A DNA stretch of 64,000 nt, taken from NCBI GenBank assembly GCA_035281645.1, contig DATEDN010000079.1:9407-73406 (forward strand), written 5' to 3'. A program made the position numbers and the translations under genes. Under the pieces are notes generated by a model. It did no database searches. It was not told the origin of the DNA and saw nothing but the letters and a program-made list of their open reading frames with translations. This DNA comes from Acidimicrobiia bacterium (lineage in GTDB: Bacteria; Actinomycetota; Acidimicrobiia; Spongiisociales; ZC4RG35). Shown in pieces: positions 17,795 to 26,848 of the stretch. Position 1 is the first letter of the stretch. Every line of letters starts with the position of its first letter.

Positions 17795-18870
17795 AACTCA
17801 ACCAGAGTGCGAAAGCCCTCGCCTCGCTGCATGCGCCCAAAGGCTTCGTCGATACCTTCGAGATCGGTGCGATGGGTCACTGTGCGCCGGAGATCGATGG
17901 CACCCGAGAGGATCTCTTCGGCGAGAGCGGCAATCTCTCGAGCCGGATTGCCCGACCCGTAGAACGAACCCAGGAGACTCTTCTCGGAAGCGAAGTCGAT
18001 GGCTGCGATCGGGACCTCAGCACCGACTGGGGAGATGCCCACCACTACGGACGCCCCGCCCGGGGCCGTCCACTTCCAGGCTGACGCGATCGTCTCTGGA
18101 CGACCGACCACTTCGAATACCCAATCGAAGGTGCCTTCGACGCCCTCGGGAGGGACGAACGCAGTTGCTCCTTGCGCAAGGGCCAACTCTGCCTTGGCCT
18201 CGACGGGATCAACAGCGACGATGACTTCTGCTCCCGCCGCCGCGGCGGCAGCTATCACCTGCAGACCCACACCGCCGCTGCCGATCACAGCCACCCGATC
18301 GCCAGCCCGAACCCTGGCCTTGTTGCGAACCGCACCAAATCCGGTCACCACCGCACAGCCGAGGAGGGCGGCGTCGGCAAATCCAATTCCAGGGGGCATC
18401 TTCACGACCGATTGCTCGGGGACAATGGTCCGTTCGGCGAAAGCGCCCACCGCCAAAAACTGTTGAAGAGGCGAGCCATCACCGCGGTACATCCTGTAGC
18501 CGCCGTCCAGCATCGTCCCGCTGAAGGAAGCCCGTGACCCGGGCTCGCAGAGATTGGCCTGATCGCGGCGGCACTGACGGCACTCGCCACAAGCGGGAAG
18601 AAAACAAAACGCCACCTCGTCCCCCGGCGCCACGCTCCGAACCCCGCTCCCCACCGTCGTCACCACCCCCGCTCCCTCGTGGCCGAGGACGGTAGGGAAG
18701 CGCCGCCGACCGAGGTGGCCAAGAGCAAGATGGAGGTCGGAGTGACACACTCCCGCTGCCCGCAGTTCAACCTCGACCTCGCCTGCGCCGGGAGCAGCCA
18801 ACTCGACATCTTCAACCGACGGCTTCTCGCCCGCCATCAACCAGACCGCTGCCCTCACCCGACCCTCCAT
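17791..18870 (-). CDS. zinc-dependent alcohol dehydrogenase family protein (possible formaldehyde/aldehyde-handling)
   Basis: GVCHSDLH, GHEGAGVV, structural-Zn Cys cluster CGECRQCRRDQANLC and VIGSGGVGL NAD motif. ATGA overlap with soxA. Confidence 0.8.
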   Translation of the reverse strand: MEGRVRAAVWLMAGEKPSVEDVELAAPGAGEVEVELRAAGVCHSDLHLALGHLGRRRFPTVLGHEGAGVVTTVGSGVRSVAPGDEVAFCFLPACGECRQCRRDQANLCEPGSRASFSGTMLDGGYRMYRGDGSPLQQFLAVGAFAERTIVPEQSVVKMPPGIGFADAALLGCAVVTGFGAVRNKARVRAGDRVAVIGSGGVGLQVIAAAAAAGAEVIVAVDPVEAKAELALAQGATAFVPPEGVEGTFDWVFEVVGRPETIASAWKWTAPGGASVVVGISPVGAEVPIAAIDFASEKSLLGSFYGSGNPAREIAALAEEILSGAIDLRRTVTHRTDLEGIDEAFGRMQRGEGFRTLVEF

Positions 18871-19955
18871 TGCTCAAGAAAATCGAAATCTGGATCAACC
18901 CCCAAGCCAGGGCCAACCGGAGCCACGACTTGGCCCTCGCCGTCCAACGACACGGGCTGCGGCAGCATGAAGTCCCGTCGTTCTGCCGTCCAGGCGGGTG
19001 GATCGAACGGATACTCCAGAAAGGGAGCCTTGGAAAAGGCGAGGGCAACGTGAAGGTTGGCGACCAATCCAAAGCCGGTCGTCCAGGTGTGCGGTGACCA
19101 TTGGATGCCTTTGGCGTCGGCCCACCCCGACACTTCACGACAACCGCCGACACCACCGGCGAGCACGACATCGGTCTGGATCACATCCACGACCTCGGTG
19201 AGGCGATGAGTCTCATTCAGGCTGCGGACCATCTCGCCCGCCGCGATTCGAGTCGGAGAGGTCAATCTGAGCTGGCGATAGTCCTCCAATTGAGCAGGAT
19301 CGAGTGGCTCCTCGAGCCAGTAAACCTCGAGCTCCTCACAGATTGACAGACACTGTTGGGCGGTGGCGAGATCCCAGCGGGGAGCAGTGTCGCCGGGCAT
19401 ACGCCAGCCCTGGTTGGCGTCGACCATGAGGACGAATTGATCACCGACGGCGGCCCGGGCCACCTCGACCACCTTCATGTCGTTTTGCCACTCCCGACCG
19501 AGGCGAATCTTGGCCGCCCTGATCCCCAGTTCCTTTGCTGCCAGCAGGCGCTGCACTCTTTGATCAGGACCCATCGTCTCGCCTGTCGACTGATAGACGG
19601 GATAGCGATCCGATTCGCCGCCAAGAAACCGCCAGAGCGGCACGTCTGCTGCCCGAGCCAGGGCATCCCAAACCGCAACCTCCACGGTCCAGTTCCGGCT
19701 CCCATGGAAATCGACGTTTTCGCACACGGCCAGAACACGATCGGTTTCCTCCGCCGAACCTCCCACGAGCAGAGCGCCGAGAAGGTCGAGGTCGGGAACG
19801 CGCGCCCCGCCGCAATATCCCGAGACGCCTTCGTCGGTCTCGACGGTGACGATGGTCTCGTTGAAGGAGTGGCGGGGTTGCGGATCCCAGGCGGCGAGGA
19901 ACGGCGGATCGAGCGGAAGGCGATATGAACGCGCCTTCAAGGAGGTGATTTTCAT
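18855..19955 (-). CDS. enolase-superfamily enzyme (mandelate racemase/muconate lactonizing family)
   Basis: MKITSL...VTVETDEGVSGYCGG capping domain, and barrel motifs MVDANQGW, YWLEEPL and AAGE. Confidence 0.8.
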   Translation of the reverse strand: MKITSLKARSYRLPLDPPFLAAWDPQPRHSFNETIVTVETDEGVSGYCGGARVPDLDLLGALLVGGSAEETDRVLAVCENVDFHGSRNWTVEVAVWDALARAADVPLWRFLGGESDRYPVYQSTGETMGPDQRVQRLLAAKELGIRAAKIRLGREWQNDMKVVEVARAAVGDQFVLMVDANQGWRMPGDTAPRWDLATAQQCLSICEELEVYWLEEPLDPAQLEDYRQLRLTSPTRIAAGEMVRSLNETHRLTEVVDVIQTDVVLAGGVGGCREVSGWADAKGIQWSPHTWTTGFGLVANLHVALAFSKAPFLEYPFDPPAWTAERRDFMLPQPVSLDGEGQVVAPVGPGLGVDPDFDFLEQWRVG

Positions 19956-19979
19956 CGAGGGTCAGACATCTCCGGCCAA

Positions 19980-20888
19980 CTATCCCAGCAAACCCTGCTG
20001 GGTGAGCCACTCAGTAGCGACCTCCCGGACGTCGCGTTCCTCAATCTCCATCTCCACGCCAAGCTTTGAAAGCTCTTCTGTGGTCAACCGGGACGACACG
20101 TCGTTCAGCAAGGCGACAAAGGTCTCCTCGTGGTCGAGCGAGGCCAAGAGTTCGTTGCGGACCAGTGGCGCAATATTTTCAGCAGGTTGGGTGCCAAGGT
20201 CATCCGTGAGTTCGACGAATCCGTACTGGACTATGGCCGGTTGGTTCGCACACAACCAGGCCACGTCGATTGCCCTCCCATTGAGGGCTTCGGCCATAGG
20301 CACCTCGCAGGCGTCAAATGACTCCCTCAAGGCCGGGGGGTAATCCAACCCATACAGCTCGAGCGCGCCTCGGCACTGGGGATTGACATCGCAGTCCGGA
20401 GGCAGGCCCCAGATGAGCTCGTCCTGGACCCCCACCAAATCGCCAATCGAGTCGAGTTGGAATTCCTCTGCGGTCTCGGCGCGGACTGCGGCGGTGTTGG
20501 TGTCCTCGCCGGGGGTGATCTCCAGGACAGTGATCTCGAGGGGCTCGAGAATGGCTTGCAGCCGCTCGGCGTTGGTCTCCCCATCCCCTGTTATCTGGCT
20601 GGTGTCGTAGTACCCAAGGCCGGAGCCGACGTACTCGGGGACCAAATCGACTTCTCCCTCCTCGAGTGCCGGAACCCTGTCCTGACGCGTGCCAAGGCTC
20701 AATCGACGCTCCACCCGGTAGCCCTCGTTTTCCAGGACTTGCGCGTAGATCTCGGCAATCAGGCGGGATTCATAGAAATTATCGGACCCAACACGGATCG
20801 CCGGCTGATCGCCGGCTCCCGATCCCCCGCAGGCCCCCAAGACGAATACCGCGACGAAAGCAAAGACAAGGAGTTTCCTAGCTCTCAT
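19980..20888 (-). CDS. glycine betaine/choline-type ABC substrate-binding lipoprotein (OpuBC/OsmF-like), orphan
   Basis: Start moved to ATG 20888 (MRARKLLVFAFVAVFVLGAC lipobox). Body IRVGSDNFYESRLIAEIYAQVLENEGY...VDLVPEYVGS is typical of the OpuAC/OpuBC family. Confidence 0.8.
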   Translation of the reverse strand: MRARKLLVFAFVAVFVLGACGGSGAGDQPAIRVGSDNFYESRLIAEIYAQVLENEGYRVERRLSLGTRQDRVPALEEGEVDLVPEYVGSGLGYYDTSQITGDGETNAERLQAILEPLEITVLEITPGEDTNTAAVRAETAEEFQLDSIGDLVGVQDELIWGLPPDCDVNPQCRGALELYGLDYPPALRESFDACEVPMAEALNGRAIDVAWLCANQPAIVQYGFVELTDDLGTQPAENIAPLVRNELLASLDHEETFVALLNDVSSRLTTEELSKLGVEMEIEERDVREVATEWLTQQGLLG

Positions 20889-20905
20889 AAGACCCCGGGC
20901 TGATC

Positions 20906-22078
20906 CTAAGTCCGGCCGCGATCGGGGTTCAGGTCCCATTGCACGGGAAGAGATTGTGGCTTTCGAAAGACCAAGCCTCTGGGACCCTCACTGGTGCGAT
21001 CGAGGTGAACAGCGGGCCAGAAATCGAGAACGGCATCAAGGGCGGCCAAGGTTTCCAACTTCGCCAGGTGGATGCCAATGCAGGCGTGGGGTCCCTGGGC
21101 GAAGGCGAGGTGGGCTCGGGAATTGGATCGGCGAACGTCGAACCGGTCCGGATCAGGAAAGGTCTCAGGATCGCGATTGGCCGCGCTAAGCGAGACGATT
21201 ACCAGGTCTCCCTTTCGGATCGCGGCTCCAGCCAGGTCGAAGTCCTTGGTCGAATATCGGTCGACCCGGGCAGCGGCGGGTTCCAAGCGGAGAGACTCTT
21301 CAACCGCTTGCCGCCCCAAAGACCGGTCGTTCCGCACCAGCTCCAGCTGCTCGGGATTTGTCAGCAAATGCCAGAAGAGGCTGGTGGTCATTCCCTCACT
21401 GGTCTCGATTCCCCCGAACATCATCACCGCTGCGTTCGAGATCAGCTCGTCCGACGTGAGCTTGCGCTTGGCGGCGGCGAGAAGCCCGGTTCGGCTGGCG
21501 GCGCTTTTCGATACCTGCTCGCCGAGCTGAATCACAGCCTCGCGTCCCGCACCGGTAGCCCTCTGGCCCCGCGAAAGCCGATCGACGTCCCCGACAATCC
21601 CTTCGTACCAGCCGAGCACCGTTGTCACCTCGACCGCGACCAGGTCGAGGGCCGCCGAAACCACCGCCACCGCCAGCGGTCCGGCAAGATCCCGCCGTAT
21701 CTCTGCCCTCCCCATCGGGGCCAGCCTTTCGGCGAGACGCCGAGCTTCCTGGTGGACCCGATCGGTGAATCGGTCTCGAACCTCGGCGTGCGCCAACGCA
21801 CCGGCAAATGGATCTCGATGCCGGCGATGCTCGGGTCCGTCGAGCGACAACATGCTCGGGCCAACCACCTGAGCGGTCGAGAAGCGGGGGTCATCGACGG
21901 TAAACGTCTCGGCATCTCGCATGACCTGAATACAAAGATCGCGCCTGGTAACCAGCCAGCCACCCAGAACCGGGGCCCAGGTCACCGGCTCGCTTCTTCG
22001 AATTCGAGCCAAATGTGGATGGGGATCGGTTGCAAGCTGCTCGAGAGTCAGCGACTCACCGAGAGGCGACAAAGACAT
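20906..22078 (-). CDS. cytochrome P450
   Basis: Heme-binding loop FAQGPHACIGIHLA, an EXXR region (ESLRLEP) and an I-helix-like GGIETS. 390 aa. Confidence 0.85.
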   Translation of the reverse strand: MSLSPLGESLTLEQLATDPHPHLARIRRSEPVTWAPVLGGWLVTRRDLCIQVMRDAETFTVDDPRFSTAQVVGPSMLSLDGPEHRRHRDPFAGALAHAEVRDRFTDRVHQEARRLAERLAPMGRAEIRRDLAGPLAVAVVSAALDLVAVEVTTVLGWYEGIVGDVDRLSRGQRATGAGREAVIQLGEQVSKSAASRTGLLAAAKRKLTSDELISNAAVMMFGGIETSEGMTTSLFWHLLTNPEQLELVRNDRSLGRQAVEESLRLEPAAARVDRYSTKDFDLAGAAIRKGDLVIVSLSAANRDPETFPDPDRFDVRRSNSRAHLAFAQGPHACIGIHLAKLETLAALDAVLDFWPAVHLDRTSEGPRGLVFRKPQSLPVQWDLNPDRGRT

Positions 22079-22106
22079 CTCCAGAATCTGCGGGTCCTAG
22101 GAGCGG

Positions 22107-22469
22107 CTACTCGGCTTGCATCGGGCTCATCAGCTGGAAGTAGTTGTCGTCGGGATCAGCGAATGTGGCGATCAACCCGTCGTCGACTTCGCCCATGGTG
22201 TAGGGCTCTTGCACGACTATGGCGCCAGCGTCCCGGAGACGGTCGAAGTCGGCCTTGACATCCGTGGATTCGATATTCCAGATGATTCGACCGGGATGGG
22301 CGTTCTGGCCCTTCACTTGATCGTGAGCTCCAACCGTCATCGCCCCCGACCCGATCAACCAGCCGACAAATCCCTCCATGTCCCAGCTGGGGTGACCAAA
22401 AAGCTTGCTGTAGTACTCGACCAGTCGCTCCGGGTTCTCCGAACCAATGAGGACGCTGTTGAGGTTCAC
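22107..22469 (-). CDS. VOC (glyoxalase/bleomycin-resistance/dioxygenase) family protein
   Basis: 120 aa with the paired beta-alpha-beta-beta-beta pattern and a C-terminal DPDDNYFQL-type motif. Confidence 0.7.
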   Translation of the reverse strand: MNLNSVLIGSENPERLVEYYSKLFGHPSWDMEGFVGWLIGSGAMTVGAHDQVKGQNAHPGRIIWNIESTDVKADFDRLRDAGAIVVQEPYTMGEVDDGLIATFADPDDNYFQLMSPMQAE

Positions 22470-22502
22470 GCTGTCTCCTTTCGGCCGACAGCGTAGGTAG
22501 GG

Positions 22503-23141
22503 CTAGTGGGCTAGTCCGTGGTGGGTTTCCCGAAGTTCCCGGACCGCGTGCCAGACTCGGGACTTTCGATAGTCCCAGTATTTGGTCCGCTCGATCTCAA
22601 TCGATCTTCCCCCGCCGATGCCGCCGGCGAGATAGCCGTTGTGGATCCGGACCGTCTGATAAAAGACCGGGGCGAGTTGCAGCGCCGCCTGGGCATGGAT
22701 AGCGGATGTGCGCCATTGGTCACGGGTATCGGGGAGATCATGCAGCACCAGGTTGGCCCAGTTGCCGTCAGTCAGCTCCATCGAGCTGTAACTGAGGATC
22801 CCATGAAAATTGCGGAACTCGAGCACGATCTCGGCGTTGGCCTGTTCGAGGGGGGTGATATCGCGATCGAGATAGCGCTCGCCAAAAAACCCAACTACAT
22901 AAACATCGCCGGGCTCGTTGAGTCGCAGTGGAGCTGAGATGATGGTTCGGCGATGAAGCCCGTTGACCACCCACTCCATCGGAGGGTAGGCGTGATAACG
23001 GCCGGGCTCGCCCCGAGCGAGAGTCGACCGCAAGTCCTCGAGCATGTAGCCCAAAATCGCCTGGTCGCGGTCGTAAAGCCGCACCGAGGTAAAGGGCCGC
23101 TTGGCAACGGATTGGGTCGGGGCAAGCAAACGTATGGCCAT
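22503..23141 (-). CDS. hypothetical protein (first gene of the long minus-strand operon)
   Basis: 212-aa ORF on the same strand as the downstream genes and tightly spaced with them. No family recognised by eye. Confidence 0.5.
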   Translation of the reverse strand: MAIRLLAPTQSVAKRPFTSVRLYDRDQAILGYMLEDLRSTLARGEPGRYHAYPPMEWVVNGLHRRTIISAPLRLNEPGDVYVVGFFGERYLDRDITPLEQANAEIVLEFRNFHGILSYSSMELTDGNWANLVLHDLPDTRDQWRTSAIHAQAALQLAPVFYQTVRIHNGYLAGGIGGGRSIEIERTKYWDYRKSRVWHAVRELRETHHGLAH

Positions 23142-23316
23142 GGCTAACTGCGCGGATATTTCGGCCAGAAATTAGCGATCAGGAGGCAGATTTCCCGGCG
23201 GCAGGGTCCGCTTGTGTGACCGGTTCCGTTTGCCGGAGTGCTCTTGGTGAGACGAATTTGCGCGGGCGGGGAGCTCCAAGGATCTCGACCCTACTCACAT
23301 AGGATGACCGGCCGAT

Positions 23317-24003
23317 ATGCAGCTCGCCGTCCTGGCCGCTCTCTCCCCATCGCAGAATCGACTGTTCGACAGGCGATTGGCCCACACGGCCGAGGCGATG
23401 GGGCTCGCCCTGACGCGGGCGACCGCCCCAGAGCATGCCGATCTCACCTATGTCTGCGGCTTGCCGGCGAGCCGAATGCTGGGCACGCACTACCCCCTCC
23501 TAGCTCCGGTTCTTCCCTTCGCCCGCTATCAGAGCCAACCCTGGTACTTCGTCGATGTCCTCGCCCGAGAAGAGGACACCGGATTGGGGACGGGGCGTTG
23601 GGCCTACAACCAGACGTCTTCGTTTTCCGGTTGGATGGCCGTCCGTCACGGGCTGCGACTCCACCATGTCGACCCTGATCAATTGGCCTGGGTAGAAACC
23701 GGATCGCACGCCAACTCCCTTTCCGCCCTGAGGAATGGAGCCGCCCATTTGGCGGGCGTTGATTCGATGATCGTGGACCTCGATTCTCAGCTGGCCAAGG
23801 ACTTGACCGTGATCGACTCCTGGGGTCCCTGGCCGACCCCACCTGTCATGGCAGCCCGGTCCCTCGATTCCCGGTTGATCGGCGAGCTGACATCGGCCTT
23901 CCTGGGCGCCGACGAACCAGTTACCTGGGTCGCTCTCGACCCTCGTCACCTCGAACCGATTCAGGTCGTCGCCGGGTCGACTGCAACTTCGGCGGGGGGC
24001 TGA
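23317..24003 (+). CDS. periplasmic-binding-protein-fold protein (PhnD-like?) without an obvious signal peptide
   Basis: 228-aa ORF with weak resemblance to phosphonate/ABC substrate-binding proteins (YVCGLPA..., SGWMAVRHGL). The function is uncertain. Confidence 0.4.
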   Translation: MQLAVLAALSPSQNRLFDRRLAHTAEAMGLALTRATAPEHADLTYVCGLPASRMLGTHYPLLAPVLPFARYQSQPWYFVDVLAREEDTGLGTGRWAYNQTSSFSGWMAVRHGLRLHHVDPDQLAWVETGSHANSLSALRNGAAHLAGVDSMIVDLDSQLAKDLTVIDSWGPWPTPPVMAARSLDSRLIGELTSAFLGADEPVTWVALDPRHLEPIQVVAGSTATSAGG

Positions 24004-26006
24004 CCCTGGAGTAGGCGCAGTTCTTCAATCGGGATGTGGCAGCGCTTGAACCATCCCGGTTCAGCTTCCTCCAGCAACGGCTCGGTCGTCTCGCAGATCT
24101 CACCGATCTTGCGGGGACAGCGGGTCTGAAAAACACAGCCCGAGGGGGGATTCGATGCCGCCGGAATCTCCCCTTCCAGCCGGATGCGAGTGTCTTCCTC
24201 CAGATCTGGTGAGGCAGAAAGCAGAGCCTCGGTATAGGGATGATGAGGGCCCGCAAACACCCGGGTGGCGTTACCTACCTCCATCAGCCGGCCGAGATAC
24301 ATCACCGCAACCCGATCGGCGATGTAGCGCACCACGTTGAGATCATGGGAAATAAACAGGTAGGAGACGTTCTCCTCGGCCTGGAGCTCGGCAAGGAGGT
24401 TGATGATCGCGGCCTGAACCGAAACGTCGAGAGCCGAGGTCGGCTCATCGCAAATGACCAGGGCGGGGGTGCCGGCGAAGGCCCTGGCAATGGCCACCCG
24501 CTGCTTGAGCCCGCCCGATAGTTGTCGGGGTTTGGCCAGAAAGTGTTGGCTACCCATCCGCACTTCTCGCAGGAGATTTCTGGTCCGATCGTCGGTCTGC
24601 TCCCTCCCTTCCCGACGCAGCAGACGAACGGCGCGGCCGATGATTCGTCGCACGGAATGGCGGCGGTTGAGGGCGCTGTCGGGATTCTGGAAGACCATCT
24701 GAATCGCCCCCACTTCGCCTTGGGTGCGTTTTTCCACCTTGGTAGCGAGCCCTTTCCCGCTGAGGGCGATGACGGCTCCATCGTCTGGGGCATGAATCCC
24801 GAGCAGCACTTTGGCCAGGGTCGACTTACCTGAACCCGACTCTCCTACCAGGGCGACCGTCTCCCCGACGCCGATCTCGAGGTCGATGTCGTGAAGGGCG
24901 TAGACCGGTGCTCCGTCCTGGACAAAGGTCTTAGAGGCGTTGTTGATCGTCACCAGGGTCTGGTTGCTCCGTTCCCGACGAGGAGCGGCCTCTGGGACCG
25001 TCCTCGGCAGCTCCTGGGCCCGGTCCCAGAAATGACACCGGCTGACGGCCCCGCCCGGAACCGGGAGTAGATCCGGCTCGATCTGGCGGCAGATGTCCTG
25101 GACATTGCCGCATCGCTCGGCGTAGATACAACCCTTGATATCGGCGCCGAGTGGGGGCAAGACGCCAGGGATGGTGTCAAGGGTGGTCTCGTCGCGGCGT
25201 CCGCCTTCGGGGCTGGGGAGACAGCGCAAGAGGCCGACGGTGTAAGGATGGCTGGGGTTGTTGAACATTTCTTCCGTCGGTCCGAGTGCCATCAACCGCC
25301 CGGCGTACAAGACCGCCACCCGATCACACATCTTGCGAATCACGGCCAGGCTGTGGCTGATAAAGAGAACCGAGGTCCCGATCTCATCGCGCAAATCCCT
25401 CACCAGATCGAGCACCTCGGCTTCGACCGTCGCATCCAAACCGGTTGTGGGTTCGTCGAGAATGAGGAGTTCGGGCCGGGAGGCGATCGCCATCGCGATC
25501 ACCACTCGTTGCAGCATCCCTCCGGAAAGCTGATGCGGATAGCGCCGCATGACGCGGATCGGATCCGCGATTTGCACCTTGTCCAGTACCTGGCGAACCC
25601 GCGCCTCTCGCTCACGGGCCGGCACTCCCATGAGCTCAAACACGTCCTCCACCTGCCGACCAACCCTGATCGATGGGTTGAGCGCCGTGCTCGGGTTCTG
25701 ATAGACCATCGAAACCTTCTTGACTCGCAGGTCGCGCAACTCGCTCGGGCTCAGGTCGGTGACGTCCCGACCGGCGAGACGAATCGATCCCCGTGTGACT
25801 CGACCATTGCGCGGCAAGTAGTGCATGATCGCCATCGCCACTGTCGACTTGCCGCAGCCCGATTCACCTACCAAACCGAAAGACTCACCCCGCTCCACGG
25901 TGAAGTTGATATCCCGGAGAGCGGTTTTCCAGTCGGGTCCGATTCGATATTCGAGGGCCAGATCACGGACCTCGAGCGCCGGTTGGATCACCGCAGGCGC
26001 GATCAT
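23961..26006 (-). CDS. fused duplicated ABC ATP-binding protein (DppD-DppF type)
   Basis: Start moved to ATG 26006, an ATGA overlap with the permease stop. Two ABC cassettes: GESGCGKST and LSGGMLQRVVIA, then GESGSGKST and LSGGLKQRVAIA. Oligopeptide-type C-terminal Cys motifs. Confidence 0.85.
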   Translation of the reverse strand: MIAPAVIQPALEVRDLALEYRIGPDWKTALRDINFTVERGESFGLVGESGCGKSTVAMAIMHYLPRNGRVTRGSIRLAGRDVTDLSPSELRDLRVKKVSMVYQNPSTALNPSIRVGRQVEDVFELMGVPAREREARVRQVLDKVQIADPIRVMRRYPHQLSGGMLQRVVIAMAIASRPELLILDEPTTGLDATVEAEVLDLVRDLRDEIGTSVLFISHSLAVIRKMCDRVAVLYAGRLMALGPTEEMFNNPSHPYTVGLLRCLPSPEGGRRDETTLDTIPGVLPPLGADIKGCIYAERCGNVQDICRQIEPDLLPVPGGAVSRCHFWDRAQELPRTVPEAAPRRERSNQTLVTINNASKTFVQDGAPVYALHDIDLEIGVGETVALVGESGSGKSTLAKVLLGIHAPDDGAVIALSGKGLATKVEKRTQGEVGAIQMVFQNPDSALNRRHSVRRIIGRAVRLLRREGREQTDDRTRNLLREVRMGSQHFLAKPRQLSGGLKQRVAIARAFAGTPALVICDEPTSALDVSVQAAIINLLAELQAEENVSYLFISHDLNVVRYIADRVAVMYLGRLMEVGNATRVFAGPHHPYTEALLSASPDLEEDTRIRLEGEIPAASNPPSGCVFQTRCPRKIGEICETTEPLLEEAEPGWFKRCHIPIEELRLLQGQPPAEVAVDPATT

Positions 26007-26848
26007 TCGAACGCCTGACTGATCGAGTCCGCGACCAGATTCACAGCCACTACCAGAGAAGCTATCGCCAGAGCCGGAAACAGAACCGGCCACCAAATGT
26101 TGCCCGTGAGGTACCCATAGTGCTGGGCGATCATCAGCCCCCAATCAGGGATCGACGGCTCGATGCCAAAGCCAAGGAACGAGAGTGCGAGGACGGTGAA
26201 GATCGCATAGCCCAAACGGACCGTGAACTCGACAATGATTACGTTGGCAACATTGGGCAGAATCTCGACGAACAATACGTAGAGGGGATTGTCTCTTCTC
26301 AGTTGGGCGGCGGTGACGTAGTCGAGCTGACGCTCGGAGAGGACCGCCGCCCGCACGGTTTTGGCGATGATCGGAGTGAAGACGAGCCCGATGACGACGA
26401 TCACGCCAAGGGTATTGGGACCGAGAGCAGTCAGGGCGAGCATGCCGGTGATCACCAGCGGGATCGATAGGAAGGCATCGAGAATCCGGCTGAGGATCTC
26501 GTCGAGGATGCCGCCGGCATAGCCGACCAAGAGACCGAGAGCGGTGCCCAGGATCGTTCCCAGCACTGTGGCGGCCAGCGCCACTGTCAGCACCTGGCGG
26601 GCTCCGGCCAGGACCCGGGAGAGGACGTCACGGCCCAACTCGTCGGTGCCCAGCGGATGCACACCGGAGGGGGCTTCGAGCCGGTTAAGCACGTCAGCCG
26701 GAGTACCCAAAGGATCGAAGGGGGTCAGAAAGTCACCAAAGATCGCGAAGACGATCCAAACGACGACGATCGTGGCCCCGACCCAGAAGGTGGCCGACCG
26801 GCGCAAGACCCGCCAGCGTTGCGATCGAGAGGTCTGAGGAATCGTCAC
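26003..26848 (-). CDS. ABC transporter permease (DppC/OppC-like)
   Basis: 281-aa multi-TM protein with the N-terminal pattern and EAA-loop region typical of DppC. 4-nt overlaps on both sides. Confidence 0.85.
   Translation of the reverse strand: MTIPQTSRSQRWRVLRRSATFWVGATIVVVWIVFAIFGDFLTPFDPLGTPADVLNRLEAPSGVHPLGTDELGRDVLSRVLAGARQVLTVALAATVLGTILGTALGLLVGYAGGILDEILSRILDAFLSIPLVITGMLALTALGPNTLGVIVVIGLVFTPIIAKTVRAAVLSERQLDYVTAAQLRRDNPLYVLFVEILPNVANVIIVEFTVRLGYAIFTVLALSFLGFGIEPSIPDWGLMIAQHYGYLTGNIWWPVLFPALAIASLVVAVNLVADSISQAFE

Noticed and set aside
18855-19955. Assigning the enolase-superfamily gene as a proline-betaine/hydroxyproline-betaine 2-epimerase (HpbD-like) because of the adjacent betaine-binding protein.
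   Set aside because: The context is suggestive, but the visible catalytic-region pattern (..IQTDVV.. / ..WSPHTW..) looks more like the mandelate-racemase subgroup (His/Asp dyad) than the Lys/Lys MLE-type subgroup to which HpbD belongs. The specific function is left open.
20939-22258. Long ORFs antisense to, or out of frame with, confidently assigned genes. Examples: 20939..22258 (+, 439 aa) opposite the P450; 2580..3896 (-) opposite the BHMT-like gene; 44915..45982 (+); 61209..62093 (+); 62339..63214 (+); 63042..63818 (-); 35725..36645 (-).
   Set aside because: Their translations are Arg/Pro/Gly-rich and low in complexity, with no recognisable motifs. The opposite-strand or alternate-frame genes carry clear family signatures. 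These are typical shadow ORFs of high-GC DNA.
23142-23316. The 175-bp divergent intergenic region upstream of the 10-gene operon, examined for glycine, THF or cobalamin riboswitch cores and for the TTACGCAAG repeat.
   Set aside because: No recognisable riboswitch core was found, only a short ATTTC-N5-GAAAT palindrome. The inverted-repeat arms seen at 6.1 kb and 13.8 kb are absent here.
23961-24003. A 43-bp convergent overlap between the PBP-like CDS (+) and the fused ABC ATPase (-), considered as a possible antisense regulatory arrangement.
   Set aside because: The overlap is most simply explained by uncertain 3' ends in GC-rich sequence, and the function of the + ORF is itself weakly supported. 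There is no structural signal in the overlap.
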